Origin: an uncultured delta proteobacterium
GTDB taxonomy: Bacteria > Myxococcota_A > Polyangia > Fen-1088
NCBI GenBank assembly: GCA_963767925.1
Contig: CAVYGB010000008.1
Coordinates: 384,001 to 448,000, forward strand
Length of the DNA: 64,000 nucleotides
Reading direction: 5' to 3'
Positions 30,855 through 42,308 of this stretch are shown here, one piece after another. Position 1 is the first letter of the stretch. Every line of letters begins with the position of its first letter. Both the position numbers and the translations under genes were made by a program. The notes beneath the pieces are model-generated. The model did no database searches. It saw only the letters and a list, made by a program, of their open reading frames with translations, and was not told the origin of the DNA.

Positions 30855-33467
30855 ATGCGAATTCCGCCGAGAGCCGTGCCGACCTCCAGGAACGCGCGGA
30901 CCGTCCGCGGCCTGAGCGCCCTTGCCGTTGCCGCCGCCAGCCTGGGTTGCATGCAGCCTGGTGATCCTCTGTGGGAGGGTGAAGGTTCCGGCGTCGAGGA
31001 GCAGACCCAGGCGCTGGGTGGGCAAAACCTTGGTGGCTCGAACCTGGGCGGCGTGAACCTCGGTGGATCGAACCTGGGCGGGGCCAACCTGGGTGGCGCC
31101 AACCTCGGTGGCGTGAACCTGGGTGGCAGCAACCTGGGCGGGTCGAACCTTGGTGGCAGCAACCTGGGCGGCAACAACCTCGGTGGGTCGAACCTTGGTG
31201 GCAGCAACCTGGGCGGGTCGAACCTTGGTGGCAGCAACCTGGGCGGGTCGAACCTTGGCGGCAGCAACCTGGGCGGGTCGAACCTTGGCGGCAGCAACCT
31301 GGGCGGGTCGAACCTTGGTGGCAACAACCTTGGCGGCAGCAACCTGGGCGGGTCGAACCTTGGCGGCAGCAACAGCGGCCGCAACATCCACAGCCTGACC
31401 GGATCGATCAACGGGATGCTCTACAGCGCCGAGGACATGTGGACGCCCAAGACTGCCCAGTGCATCGTCCTGGGCATCGGGTCCACGGCGTTCCCCAAGC
31501 TGCTCGGGCAGCAGTCGGCCAGCGCCAAGATCTCGGTGGCCCTCGGCAAGCTGCCCTGGGGCTTCGCCAACAGCTCCGGCGGGGCGGTCGCCCTGCGGGC
31601 CTGGGAGGCGGTGGTCTGGGGTGACAAGACCTACTGCGTGTTCGTCCTGGCCGCCCCCCCGGAAGCCAACTGGGCCGGCGTCGCCGGCTTCATCAAGGCG
31701 GTCTTCCGCTGGAACGCGCCCCCCGCCCAGGTCATGGAGATCAGCGGCATCGAGGCCAGCGCCCCCCACGACCCGACCCTGAGCACGGCCGTCTCCAGCT
31801 ACAACGGCATGATGAACGCGGGGGCCCACTTCCGCTCGGGCAACGTCCTGGCGACGCCCTTCGTCGCCGGCGAGCTCGCCTTCATCACCGCCACCACCAA
31901 CAACCAGTCGGTGATGGTCGACTTCTCCTCCTGGGTGATCGACAAGAACCAGAACCCGCTCGTGCTGGGCAACGTGCAGTCGGCCAGCCCGCCCAGCTAC
32001 GCCGAGGCGCTCTATGTCGCCCTCGACGAGGGCTCGGGTAACGCCACCGTGCTGCTCGACGACGCGGCCTCGCGCACCAACGTGATGCCGGCCGGCATGA
32101 CCAACAGCATCGTCGACATCGACGTCGCCTACCTGGCCTGGCAGGCCGGGCTCGGCCCCAAGCCCACGCCCCGTCGCTGCGGCGGCGCGCTCTTCCTCAA
32201 CGCCTGGTTCGGTGAGCCGGTCCCCGCTGGCAAGTGTGACAACGGCCTGACCTGGACCACCGCCTTCTGCTCCACCGGCTCGAACCCCTGGTCCGCGGTC
32301 TCCGGCACCACCGCCCCGATGAACAGCTACATGCAGCTCACCCAGCCGGGCGGCAAATACAAGCGCGCCCTCGTGATCTCGGGCGGCTGCGGCCCGATGA
32401 AGGCCGTGCTGAGCGAGACCTACGTGCACATGTGGGAGCGCAACTACGACTTGCCCGCGGTGGCCTGCACCGCCGAGAGCAACGCCTCCTTCTGCTCGCG
32501 CTGGGGCCGCAACTGCGGCGCCGTGACCGGCACCGACAATTGCGGCAACGCGCGCACCGTCTCGAGCTGCGGCACCTGCGCCTCGCCCAACTCCTGCGGC
32601 GGCGACGGCCGGGCCAACATCTGCGGCAGCAGCAGCGTGAAGCGCTTCGAGGCCGAGGGCCTCGGGCACGTGCTGAACGGCTCGGCGGTCCACAACGTCT
32701 GCTTCCAGGCCTTCACCAAGATGATCGTCCCCGGGGCGGACCCCGGCGCCATCACGGGGGCCTGCTCGGGCGGCGCCCGCATCCGCTACATCGGGAACGG
32801 CTCGAACAACTACGTCACGATGAACAACATCAACGTCCCCTCGGCCGGCAACTACACGATGGCCGTGTACGCCATGGCCAAGGACGCCCGCACCTTCAGC
32901 ATCAGCGTCAACGGCGGCGCCACCAAGACCCTCAACGTGCAGACCCCCGACTTCGCCACCGCCCTCCCCTTCAACCTGTCGGTGGCCCTGAACGCCGGGA
33001 ACAACAACATCAAGTTCTTCAACAACTCGGCCTACGCCCCCGACCTCGACCGCATCGTCGTGACGAGCGCCACCGCCACCTGCACCGCCGAGAGTAACGC
33101 CGCCTTCTGCAGCCGGGTGGCCAAGAACTGCGGCGCGGTCACGGCGGCCGACAACTGCGGTGTCACCCGCACCGTCGCGAGCTGCGGCACCTGCACCTCG
33201 CCCCAGACCTGCGGCGGCAACGGCACGGCCAACGTCTGCGGGGGCGGCTCGTCCGGCGGCGGCGGCGGCGGCTCCTGCGCCTCGGCCTACTCGCAGGCCT
33301 CCTGCCTCCTCTACTACCAGGGGGCGGTCGTCTCGAGCGGGGGCCGGAACTGGACCTGCGCCAACGGCAACTGCATGAACTGCGCGGGCCACGCCACCTG
33401 CGCCCCCGGCGCCAGCGGCTGCCCCTGGGGCGTGGTCTGGACCGACACCGGCACCTGCGGCAACTGA
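30855..33467 (+). CDS. Exported multidomain protein: NLGGS pentapeptide repeats + unknown domain + Cys module + CBM6/35-like + Cys module + CBM5/12-like chitin-binding module
   Basis: Signal ending ASLGC; 23 x NLGG(S/A/V/N); RFEAEG...SGG..I.YIG...SAGNYT...LNAGNNNIKF...APDLDRIVV; two 54-aa CTAESNA.FC..CG modules; C-terminal YYQGAVVSSGGRNWTC...PG....W...GTC. Confidence 0.88.
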   Translation: MRIPPRAVPTSRNARTVRGLSALAVAAASLGCMQPGDPLWEGEGSGVEEQTQALGGQNLGGSNLGGVNLGGSNLGGANLGGANLGGVNLGGSNLGGSNLGGSNLGGNNLGGSNLGGSNLGGSNLGGSNLGGSNLGGSNLGGSNLGGSNLGGSNLGGNNLGGSNLGGSNLGGSNSGRNIHSLTGSINGMLYSAEDMWTPKTAQCIVLGIGSTAFPKLLGQQSASAKISVALGKLPWGFANSSGGAVALRAWEAVVWGDKTYCVFVLAAPPEANWAGVAGFIKAVFRWNAPPAQVMEISGIEASAPHDPTLSTAVSSYNGMMNAGAHFRSGNVLATPFVAGELAFITATTNNQSVMVDFSSWVIDKNQNPLVLGNVQSASPPSYAEALYVALDEGSGNATVLLDDAASRTNVMPAGMTNSIVDIDVAYLAWQAGLGPKPTPRRCGGALFLNAWFGEPVPAGKCDNGLTWTTAFCSTGSNPWSAVSGTTAPMNSYMQLTQPGGKYKRALVISGGCGPMKAVLSETYVHMWERNYDLPAVACTAESNASFCSRWGRNCGAVTGTDNCGNARTVSSCGTCASPNSCGGDGRANICGSSSVKRFEAEGLGHVLNGSAVHNVCFQAFTKMIVPGADPGAITGACSGGARIRYIGNGSNNYVTMNNINVPSAGNYTMAVYAMAKDARTFSISVNGGATKTLNVQTPDFATALPFNLSVALNAGNNNIKFFNNSAYAPDLDRIVVTSATATCTAESNAAFCSRVAKNCGAVTAADNCGVTRTVASCGTCTSPQTCGGNGTANVCGGGSSGGGGGGSCASAYSQASCLLYYQGAVVSSGGRNWTCANGNCMNCAGHATCAPGASGCPWGVVWTDTGTCGN
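31026..31370 (+). repeat. 15-bp coding tandem repeat x23 (NLGGx) with a 30-bp super-period
   Basis: AACCT(T/G/C)GG(T/C)GG(N)(AGC/TCG..) repeated; alternating aaccttggtggcagc / aacctgggcgggtcg units. Confidence 0.97.
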
Positions 33468-33493
33468 GCAGCGGCTGACATAGACCGACGGTT

Positions 33494-33531
33494 CGGGGGT
33501 CCGGAGGCAATCCGGGCCCCCGCGCTCATTT
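33494..33531 (+). terminator. Putative terminator hairpin
   Basis: CGGGGGTCCGGA-ggcaa-TCCGGGCCCCCG stem downstream of the repeat-protein gene; weak U tail. Confidence 0.5.
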
Positions 33532-33608
33532 CTGCGTCTGCCTGCGGCATCCGTCGCTCAGGTCCTAGAGATACGCGGTCCGCGGTGGTAGACGTAGCGC
33601 CTCACGCG

Positions 33609-35693
33609 ATGACCGAATCCCCCGCCCACGTTCCGGGCCGTCCCGGCCTGCTCGAGCGCCTGAGCGATCGGCAGACCTCGCTGCTCGTGATCCTCATCGG
33701 CCTGCTGCTCTACATCCCCTTCGCCGGCAGCTACGGCCTGTGGGATCCCTGGGAGACCCACTACTCCGAGGTCGCCCGCCAGATGACCAAGCGGGGCGAC
33801 TTCATCAGCCTGTGGTGGCCGGGATCGCCGCGCGACCAGGCCGAGTTCTGGTCCAAGCCGGTGCTCACCTTCTGGATGATGAGCATCGGGATGCACGTCG
33901 CCGGCATCGGTCTGCCGGGCGGGGCGCCCGAGGAGATGGCGGTCGGCAACCGGGCCGAGTGGGCGGTGCGGGTGCCCTTCTGCCTGATGGGCGTGCTGGC
34001 GATGTACGCCGTCTACCTGGTGACCGTCCCGCTTCGTCAGCCGGCGGGCGGGCGTGCTGGCGGCGGTGGTGCTCGGGCACCTGTCCGATGTTCAGCCTGG
34101 TCGCCCGGCAGGCCATGACCGACATGGCCTTCGTCGGCCCCATGACGATGGCCCTGGCGCTGGGCATCCTCGCCCTGTTCGACGATCGGGACGAGGAGCT
34201 GCCGCGGCGGCGGCTGGCGGCGTTCGGCGGCCGCCTGAGCTGGCCCCACCACCCGGTCTTCTACATCGACCATCGGCCTGTTCGCGCTGCTGACCTGCCC
34301 CAGCTGATCGTCGATTCGTTCCAGCTCAAGGTGCGGGTCCCGATCGGGGGACGGCACGCTCCTGATGTACGGCGTCGTGGCCATGATCCCGTACTGGGTG
34401 GGCTTTCTGCGGGTTCATCGTGCTGGCCGCCCGCTTCGTGCGCTACAAGGCGCCGCTGTACCTGTCGATCGCGGCCATGTTGTGTGGGCTGGCGGTGCTG
34501 GCCAAGGGGCTGGCCGGGCTGGGCCTGCCGGTGATCGTGTTCCTGGCCTACCTGACCTTCACCTGGAACTGGCGCCGGCTGCGGCGGGCCCAGATCCTGC
34601 CCGGGCTGCTGCTGGCGTCGCTGGCGCCTGCGTGGTGGTGGCGGTGCCCTGGCACCACGCCATGTACATCCGCCACGGCGGCCCCTGGTGGAACGAGCTG
34701 TTCGGCGACAACCACTGGCGCCGCATGGTGCTGGGCCGCCACGGCGATCGCGGCACCTTCGAGTACTTCCTGCGCGAGCTGGGCTACTGCGCTGCTGCCC
34801 TGGCTGGCGGCTGGCCCCGGCGGCCCTGGCCGCGGTGGCCATGCGCAAGGTGCGAGGACGTGCGCCGGCAGGCGATCTACTGGCTGGGGGCGATCTGGTT
34901 CGTGGCCGCCTACGCGGTGGTCTCGAACTCGATGACCAAGTTCCACCACTACATCCTGCCGGCCATCCCCGGGCTGGCGATCGTGATCGGCTGCTTCCTC
35001 GACGAGCTGTGGGTCAAGCGCGACGCCAGCCGGGGCCGCCTGGTGGCGCTGATCGGGCATGCCGCCTTGCTGGTGGTCGTGATGCAGGATCTGGTCAACA
35101 CCAAGAACGCCTCGCAGCTGTTCCTCTGGCTGTTCTCCTACGACTACGTGCACAGCCCGCGCGGTCGCCCCTGGCCCGACCAGCTGGACTTTCTCCACGC
35201 CCTTGCTCGTCTTCGGGGCGCTGTTCGCCGTCGTGACGGTGGGGCTGGCCTTCCGGCGCCTGGTGCGGCCCGGCCATCGTCGGGCTGAGCCTGGTCGGCG
35301 GTCGCGTTCACCTGGTTCCTGCTCGACGTCTACATGGTGAAGGTGGCGCCCTACTGGTCGCAGAAGTACGGCATCGCCGCCTACTACAAGCACCGGCGGT
35401 CACCCGAGGAGAAGCTGGTCGCTTACCAGATGTACTGGCGGGGCGAGACCTTCTACACGAAGAACGAGATCTACGAGGGCCCGATGGAGGACCGCACCGT
35501 CTTCGACATGGAGGCGGCCGACGAGAAGCTCGGCACCTGGATCTCGAGCCACCGCGGCCGCCGGGTCTACTTCATCTTCGAGCGCGGCCGCCAGGGCCGG
35601 CTGCAGGGGCTGTTGCCGGCCGAGGCCCGGGCGTCGTTCACCGTCATCTACGACACGAACAACAAGTTCTCGGTCGCCTACGCCGAGATCTAG
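33609..35693 (+). CDS. ArnT/PMT-like (GT-C) membrane glycosyltransferase; many frameshifts 34030-35300
   Basis: LWDPWETHYSEVARQM, FWSKPVL, AVLAKGLAGL, VAVPWH, TKFHHYILPAIP are spread over successive ORFs. Confidence 0.88.
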
Positions 35694-35747
35694 GGATCGG
35701 TGCACGCGGCCCGGACCGGGGGCCCGCCCATGCGGTATAAGGGCGGG

Positions 35748-36884
35748 GTGGAGCGGCGTACGTTCCTGCAGGCGCCGGCCGCCGGCCTGGCGGCGGTCGC
35801 GGAAGCCCGACCGGAGGTCACCCCCCGCTACCGGGTGGTGACCGCTTACCGGCCCCTGCTGCGGGCCGGGATGCCGGGGCCCTGGCCCGGGCGGGTGGTG
35901 CGCACGCGCGCGTCCCGCAGCATCGACGAAAAGAGCGACCGGGTCGACCGGGCGGTTGTGCGCGAGATGCTCGGGCAGGGGATCTGCCGCCTCACCGGGG
36001 AGGGGGACCGCCGGCGCGCCTGGGGGCGGCTGTTTTCGCCGGAGGACGTGGTGGGCATCAAGGTCAACTGCTCGGGCTGGCCCCACGTTGTCTCCTCGCC
36101 GGAGCTCGTCGCCGAGGTCGTCGACAGCCTGCTGGCCCTGGGGGTGACGGCCGACCGCATCTGGCTGTACGAACGTTTCGTCAACCAGCTCCGCGGGATC
36201 GACTACGGCCGCCACCTGCCGGCCGGGGTGAAGCAGCTCGGCTCCGACGAGCCCGGGAGCACGGGCGGCCATTACGACGCCTTCACCTACGTGGAGACCG
36301 ACTTCTTCGGCGAAGACGACACGAGGTCCAACCTGATCCGGGCCATCGGCGAGCGCTTCACCAAGATCGTCAACATCGCCAACATCAAGGACCACGGGGC
36401 GTCGGGCGCCACTGGCTGCCTCAAGAACATCGCCTACGGCAGCTTCTCCAACGTGGCCCGCTCGCACGAGTTCGCCAACGGCCGCAGCCACACCCGGTCT
36501 TTCATCGGCACGCTGGCGGCGGTCGAGCCGCTGCGCTCGCGCACGGTGCTGCAGATCGTGGACGGCCTGCGGGGGGTCTGGCACGGCGGCCCCTTCGCCC
36601 GCAGCCTCCGCTACGTGTTTTATCCCAAGCAGATCTGGCTGGGCAGCGACCCGGTGGCGCTCGACCGGCTGCTGCTCGACGTGGTGGAGGAGGAGCGGCG
36701 GCGCCGGGGGGCGCCCTCGATCTACGATCGCGATCCCGGGCGGCTGGGCACGCGCGAGCAGCGGGACGCCGATCCGAAGGTGGAGGTGCTGATCCGGGAG
36801 CCCGGGCACGTCGCCTTCGCGGCCCGCCTGGGGCTGGGGGTGGCCGAGCCGCGCCGGATGGCGGTGGCGGACCTGGAGATATGA
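35748..36884 (+). CDS. DUF362-domain protein
   Basis: Tat-like RRTFL, VGIKVNC, KDHGASGATGCLKNI, LQIVDGL, DPVALD. The start could be 35730. Confidence 0.85.
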   Translation: MERRTFLQAPAAGLAAVAEARPEVTPRYRVVTAYRPLLRAGMPGPWPGRVVRTRASRSIDEKSDRVDRAVVREMLGQGICRLTGEGDRRRAWGRLFSPEDVVGIKVNCSGWPHVVSSPELVAEVVDSLLALGVTADRIWLYERFVNQLRGIDYGRHLPAGVKQLGSDEPGSTGGHYDAFTYVETDFFGEDDTRSNLIRAIGERFTKIVNIANIKDHGASGATGCLKNIAYGSFSNVARSHEFANGRSHTRSFIGTLAAVEPLRSRTVLQIVDGLRGVWHGGPFARSLRYVFYPKQIWLGSDPVALDRLLLDVVEEERRRRGAPSIYDRDPGRLGTREQRDADPKVEVLIREPGHVAFAARLGLGVAEPRRMAVADLEI

Positions 36885-37822
36885 TCCCGGCCGCGCTCTT
36901 CACCTTCGCCCAGCTCCTCTACTGGGAGCAGGGCAGCGTGTCGGCGGACGAGCTGCGCCAGCAGGGGATCACCCGCATCGCCGCGCCTCCCGGGCAGGTA
37001 GCGGCCTGGCAGAAGGCAGGCCTGCAGGTGGTGCCGCTGTCGGCCGAGGATCGAAGGGCGCGGATCCCGCTCGACGCGCCGGGGGTGGACACCGACGCGG
37101 TGGCCTCGGCGACCCAGCGCCCCTGGATCGACGCCAGCGGCTGGCGCTTCCTGCGTCAGCCCGGAGCCCGGTTCTTCCAGGCGGCCCCCGCGGGTCGGGG
37201 ACCGCTGGCGGTGGCCGAGGCCCACCTCTATGGCGCCGACGTTGTCGTGGCGATCGAGCCCGGCGATCTGGCCAGCGTGGCGAAGGTGCTGGCCCAGCTC
37301 CGCGCGGTCCCGGCGGTGCCCTGGCCCGACCTGGCTCAGATCGAGGTTGTCGACGACGGCTCCGAGCTGGTGGGCGAGGTGATGAACCTGCTGTCCCGGC
37401 GCAACCTGCTGTGGCGGCCGCGACGGGGCCCCGGCGCCCCGCCGCCGGGAGAGCCACTCGTCGTGGAGCTCGGCACCTCCACCTTTCCCAGGGAGCTGGC
37501 CCGATCGCCCAGCGAGCTCGCCTACCAGCTCCGCCGCCGGCTGGGTGACGATCGGCGCTGGCTGCGCGTGTTTGGATCGGAGGCGGTGCTGGGCCGGGTG
37601 CAGGGAGAAGGGGGGCGGGTACGGATCTCGTTGCTCCACCACGGCGGTGGCCTCCGGGAGGGGGTGCGGCTGCGGCTGCGGGGCCGTTCCGGGGAGGCGA
37701 CGGCCGTGACCGATCACGTCCTCGCGCGCGCGCCGCTCTACCAGCAGACGGCAGGCGTCGCCACCGAGCTCACTGTGCCGCCCTTCCGGACCTGGGCGGT
37801 CGTGGATCTGGCGCGCCGCTGA
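36881..37822 (+). CDS. Hypothetical protein
   Basis: 313-aa ORF translationally coupled (ATGA) to the DUF362 gene; SATQRPWIDASGWRF motif. Confidence 0.75.
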   Translation: MIPAALFTFAQLLYWEQGSVSADELRQQGITRIAAPPGQVAAWQKAGLQVVPLSAEDRRARIPLDAPGVDTDAVASATQRPWIDASGWRFLRQPGARFFQAAPAGRGPLAVAEAHLYGADVVVAIEPGDLASVAKVLAQLRAVPAVPWPDLAQIEVVDDGSELVGEVMNLLSRRNLLWRPRRGPGAPPPGEPLVVELGTSTFPRELARSPSELAYQLRRRLGDDRRWLRVFGSEAVLGRVQGEGGRVRISLLHHGGGLREGVRLRLRGRSGEATAVTDHVLARAPLYQQTAGVATELTVPPFRTWAVVDLARR

Positions 37823-37838
37823 GACGCATCGAGTGCGG

Positions 37839-40800
37839 TCACTGGAAGTTGCGCGAGACGTCCCCCTCCAGGGGCGAGCCGGCGAGCGGCTCGAAGCGTT
37901 CGGCCATCAAGGTGATGACGCCGTCCCGGTTCTGCACCACCCCCTCGATCACGAGGGCGGGGTGAGCCAGGATGACCTTGCGCCACTGCTCGAAGCGATC
38001 CGGGTAGACGATGGCGTTGGAGAACCCGGTCTCGTCCTCCAGGGTGACGAACACGACCCCCTTGGCGGTGCCCGGGCGCTGTCGCACCACGACGATCCCG
38101 CCGATGCGGGCCCGGGCTCCATCGGGTAGCTGGGCCAGGGCGGCCGCGCGGGTGATCCCCCGGCGCTCGAGCTGGGCCCGCACGAAGGTGACCGGGTGGT
38201 CGCCGGTGGTCACGCCCGGAGCCGCGGAACTCGGCGATGGTCTCCTCGTAGGCGCTCATCTCCGGCAGGGGCGAGGGGGAGGGCTCCTCCTCGGGCGCCT
38301 GCGCCGGCCGCGGGCCCGATCGAAGAGCGGGCCCGACCGGCCCAGCGCCTCCACCTGCCAGATCGCCTGGCGCCGGGTCCCGCCCAGGCGGGCGAAGGCC
38401 CCCACCTCGGCCAGGCGTGGCCCGCTCGGCCTCGTTGCTGGGAACCCGCGCATGAAAATCGTCGAGCGAGGTGAACGGCCGCACCGCCGCCTCCTGGGCG
38501 ATCCGGCGGCCGATGGTCTCGCGCAGCCCGTGCACCTGGCGCAGGCCCAGCCGCACCGCCAGGGCCCCGGTCTGCTCCACCCGCTCCAGGGTGGAGAGCC
38601 AGGGGGACACCTGCACGTCGATGGGCAGGGTCTCGATGCCGTGGCGGTGGGCGTCCGAGACCAGGGTGGCCGGGTGATAAAAGCCCATCGGCCAGTTGTT
38701 GAGCAGCGCGCACAGGAAGGCGGCCCCGTGGTGGGCCTTGAGGTAGGCCGAGGCGTAGGCGATGAGGGCGAACGAGGCGGCGTGCGACTCGGGGAAGCCA
38801 TAGAGGGCGAACGACTTGATCCCCTGCGACGATCTCCTCCTGGGCGGCGCGCGGCGATCCCCTTGCGGTTCATGCCCGCGCGCAGGTCCCGCTCGATCTC
38901 GTGTCATGCGTTCCTGCGAGCGCTTGAACCCCATGGCCCGGCGCAGCTCCTCGGCCTGGCCGCCGGTGAAGCCGGCCGCCGCCATCGCCATGCGGATCAG
39001 CTGCTCCTGAAACAGCGGCACCCCCAGGGTGCGCTTCAGGATCGGCTCCAGGGAGGGGTGGGGGTAGGTGACCGTCGTGCGCGTCCCGCCGCCGCTGCAG
39101 GTAGGGGTTCACCATCTTGCCCACGATGGGGCCGGGCCGGATGATCGCCACCTCGACCACCAGGTCGTAGAAGCGCTCGGGCAACATGCGCGGCAAGGTG
39201 GCCATCTGGGCCCGCGACTCCACCTGGAACACCCCCACCGTGTCGGCGGCGCGCAACATGTCGTAGACCGTCGGGATCGTCGGGCGGCAGGTGGGCGTAG
39301 TCGAGATCGATCCCCTCGTGATCGCGGATCAGCGGGACGGCGTCCTCCAGCACCGCCAGCATGCCCAGGCCCAGCAGGTCCACCTTGACGACGCCCAGGT
39401 CGGCGCAGTCGTCCTTGTCCCATTGCACCACCACCCGGCCCGGCATGCTGGCCGGCTCCAGCGGCACCACCTCGTCCAGGTGGCCGGCGCAGATCACCAT
39501 GCCGCCCGAGTGTTGCCCGAGGTGGCGGGGCAGGTTGAGCGAGCTGGGTGGCCACCTCGGCCAGCAGCCGGGTGCGGGGCTCGCTGGCGGGAAAGCCGGC
39601 GTCCTCGATGTAGGCCGACAGCGGGCCGCTCGTTGTCGACGATCCAGTGGGGGAGCTGCTTGGCGAGCTGGTTGAGCTGGCTCTTCGGAGAAGCCCAGGG
39701 CCCGCCCGGCGTCTCGCACCGCCATGCGCGGGCGGTAGGTGATCACGTTGGCGGTCATGCCGACGCCGCGCTCGCCGTACTTGCGGTAGACGTACTGGAT
39801 CACCTCCTCCCGGCGATCGCCCGAGGGCAGATCGAGATCGATGTCGGGCATGCGATCGGCCGCGTCGGTGGCGCTCTTGACCCGCTCCTCGGAGAGGAAG
39901 CGCTCGAACAGCAGCTCCATCCCCACCGGGTCGACGGCGGTGATGCCGAGCGCGTAGCAGAGGGCGGAGTTGGCGGCCGAGCCGCGACCCTGCACCAGGA
40001 TGCCCCGCCGGCGGGCGTACTGGACGATGTCCCAGACCAGCAGGAAATACCCGGCCAGCCCCAGCCGGCCGATGATGCGCAGCTCGTGCTCGAGCTGGCG
40101 GCGGGCCTTGTCGCCGAGCGGCCGGAAGCGATCGCGGGCGCCCATCCAGGTGATGGCCTCCAGGTAGCTCTGCTCGGTCTCGTCGGGGCCCACCGGGTAG
40201 GTGGGGAAGACGTAGCCCAGGTCGGCCAGGGTGAAGCGGCAGCGCTCGGCGATGACCCGGGTGGCCCGCACGGCGTCGGGCCGATCGCGGAACAGCGCCG
40301 CCATCGCGGCGGGGGGCTTGAGGTGGCGCTCGGCGTTGCGCAGGAGCTGGCGCCCGACCGCATCGACGGTGGTCTTCAGGCGCGCGCAGGTCAACACGTC
40401 GTGCGCCCGGCGGAGGCGGGGATGGGCGTAGCGCACGTCGTTGGTGGCGACGATCCCCAGCCCGGCGGCCTCGGCGGTGGCCACCGCGCAGCGGTTGCGG
40501 TGGGCCTCGGCGTCGTCGAGGTGGCGGTGCAGCTCGACGTACACGTTCCCCCGGCCGAAGATGTCGCGCAGCCGGACCAGGTCGGGGCGCGGCTCGGCGC
40601 CGGTCAGGGCGATCAGGCCGGCGGCGTGTTCGGCCAGCAGCGCCTCGCTGGCGGCGCCTTCGCCCTTGGGCCGCCCTTGCTTGGCGGCGGTCAGCAGCCG
40701 GCAGAGGTTGCGATAGCCCACCCGGTCCTGCACCAGCAGCAGCAGGGGCGGGGGCGGGGGGCTCCCGGGCTCCTCGGGGCCGGAGGTGAGGGTGACGTCG

Positions 40801-41006
40801 GCTCCCACCAGCGGCCGCAGCGTCCCCACCTTGCGGGCGCTCCGGAAGAAGCGGGGCGCGCCGTAGAGGCCGTCCCGGTCGCCGAGCGCGACAGCGTCGT
40901 AGCCCAGCTCGGCGGCGCTGGTGGCGAGATCTTCGGGCAGCGAGGCCCCGTCGAGGAAGCTGAAGGCCGATCGGCAACGCAACTCGACGTACGGGGCGGG
41001 TGGCAT
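37839..41006 (-). CDS. dnaE2: Error-prone DNA polymerase DnaE2 (ImuC); several frameshifts 38200-39700
   Basis: [80 protein letters not shown] and the C-terminal SRNF motif typical of DnaE2. Confidence 0.95.
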
Positions 41007-41019
41007 GGATCCAGGGTAA

Positions 41020-41036
41020 CTGATCTTCTGTTCAGT
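41020..41036. promoter_or_regulatory. Putative LexA (SOS) box, Myxococcus type
   Basis: CTGATCTTCTGTTCAGT sits inside the palindrome AACTGA-N8-TCAGTT. It matches 14 of 17 positions of the M. xanthus consensus CTRHAMRYBYGTTCAGS and lies next to a TACCCT -10 box of dnaE2. Confidence 0.75.
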
Positions 41037-41094
41037 TGTACACGTCCGCGGCGATCGACGCAGGCTGGCGCCGCGGCAGCTACAGTAATGGGCG

Positions 41095-42183
<1,089 letters not shown>

Positions 42184-42208
42184 GACGCCATCCACCGCAG
42201 GGGGGGCG

Positions 42209-42266
42209 CCCCTCACCCGCGCAGACCTGCCGACCTCTCCCCACGGCAAACCGCGGGGAGAAGTGA
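42209..42266. repeat. REP-like extragenic palindromic element
   Basis: CCCTCACCCG...GACCTCTCCCC.CGG-caaa-CCG.GGGGAGAAGTGA hairpin between convergent genes. A related CCCTCCCCCG..CCCTCTCCCCG motif lies near 52718. Confidence 0.5.
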
Positions 42267-42308
42267 AGGCGCTCTGTCGGGGTGAGCGGCCGCCGTCGGC
42301 AGGTGTGG

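Noticed and set aside
31026..31370. CRISPR or non-coding repeat; antisense ORF 30530..31411 with (PPRLL/PPRFD)n
   Set aside because: The repeat has no spacers and is in frame in a coherent + strand protein. The antisense ORF is its shadow.
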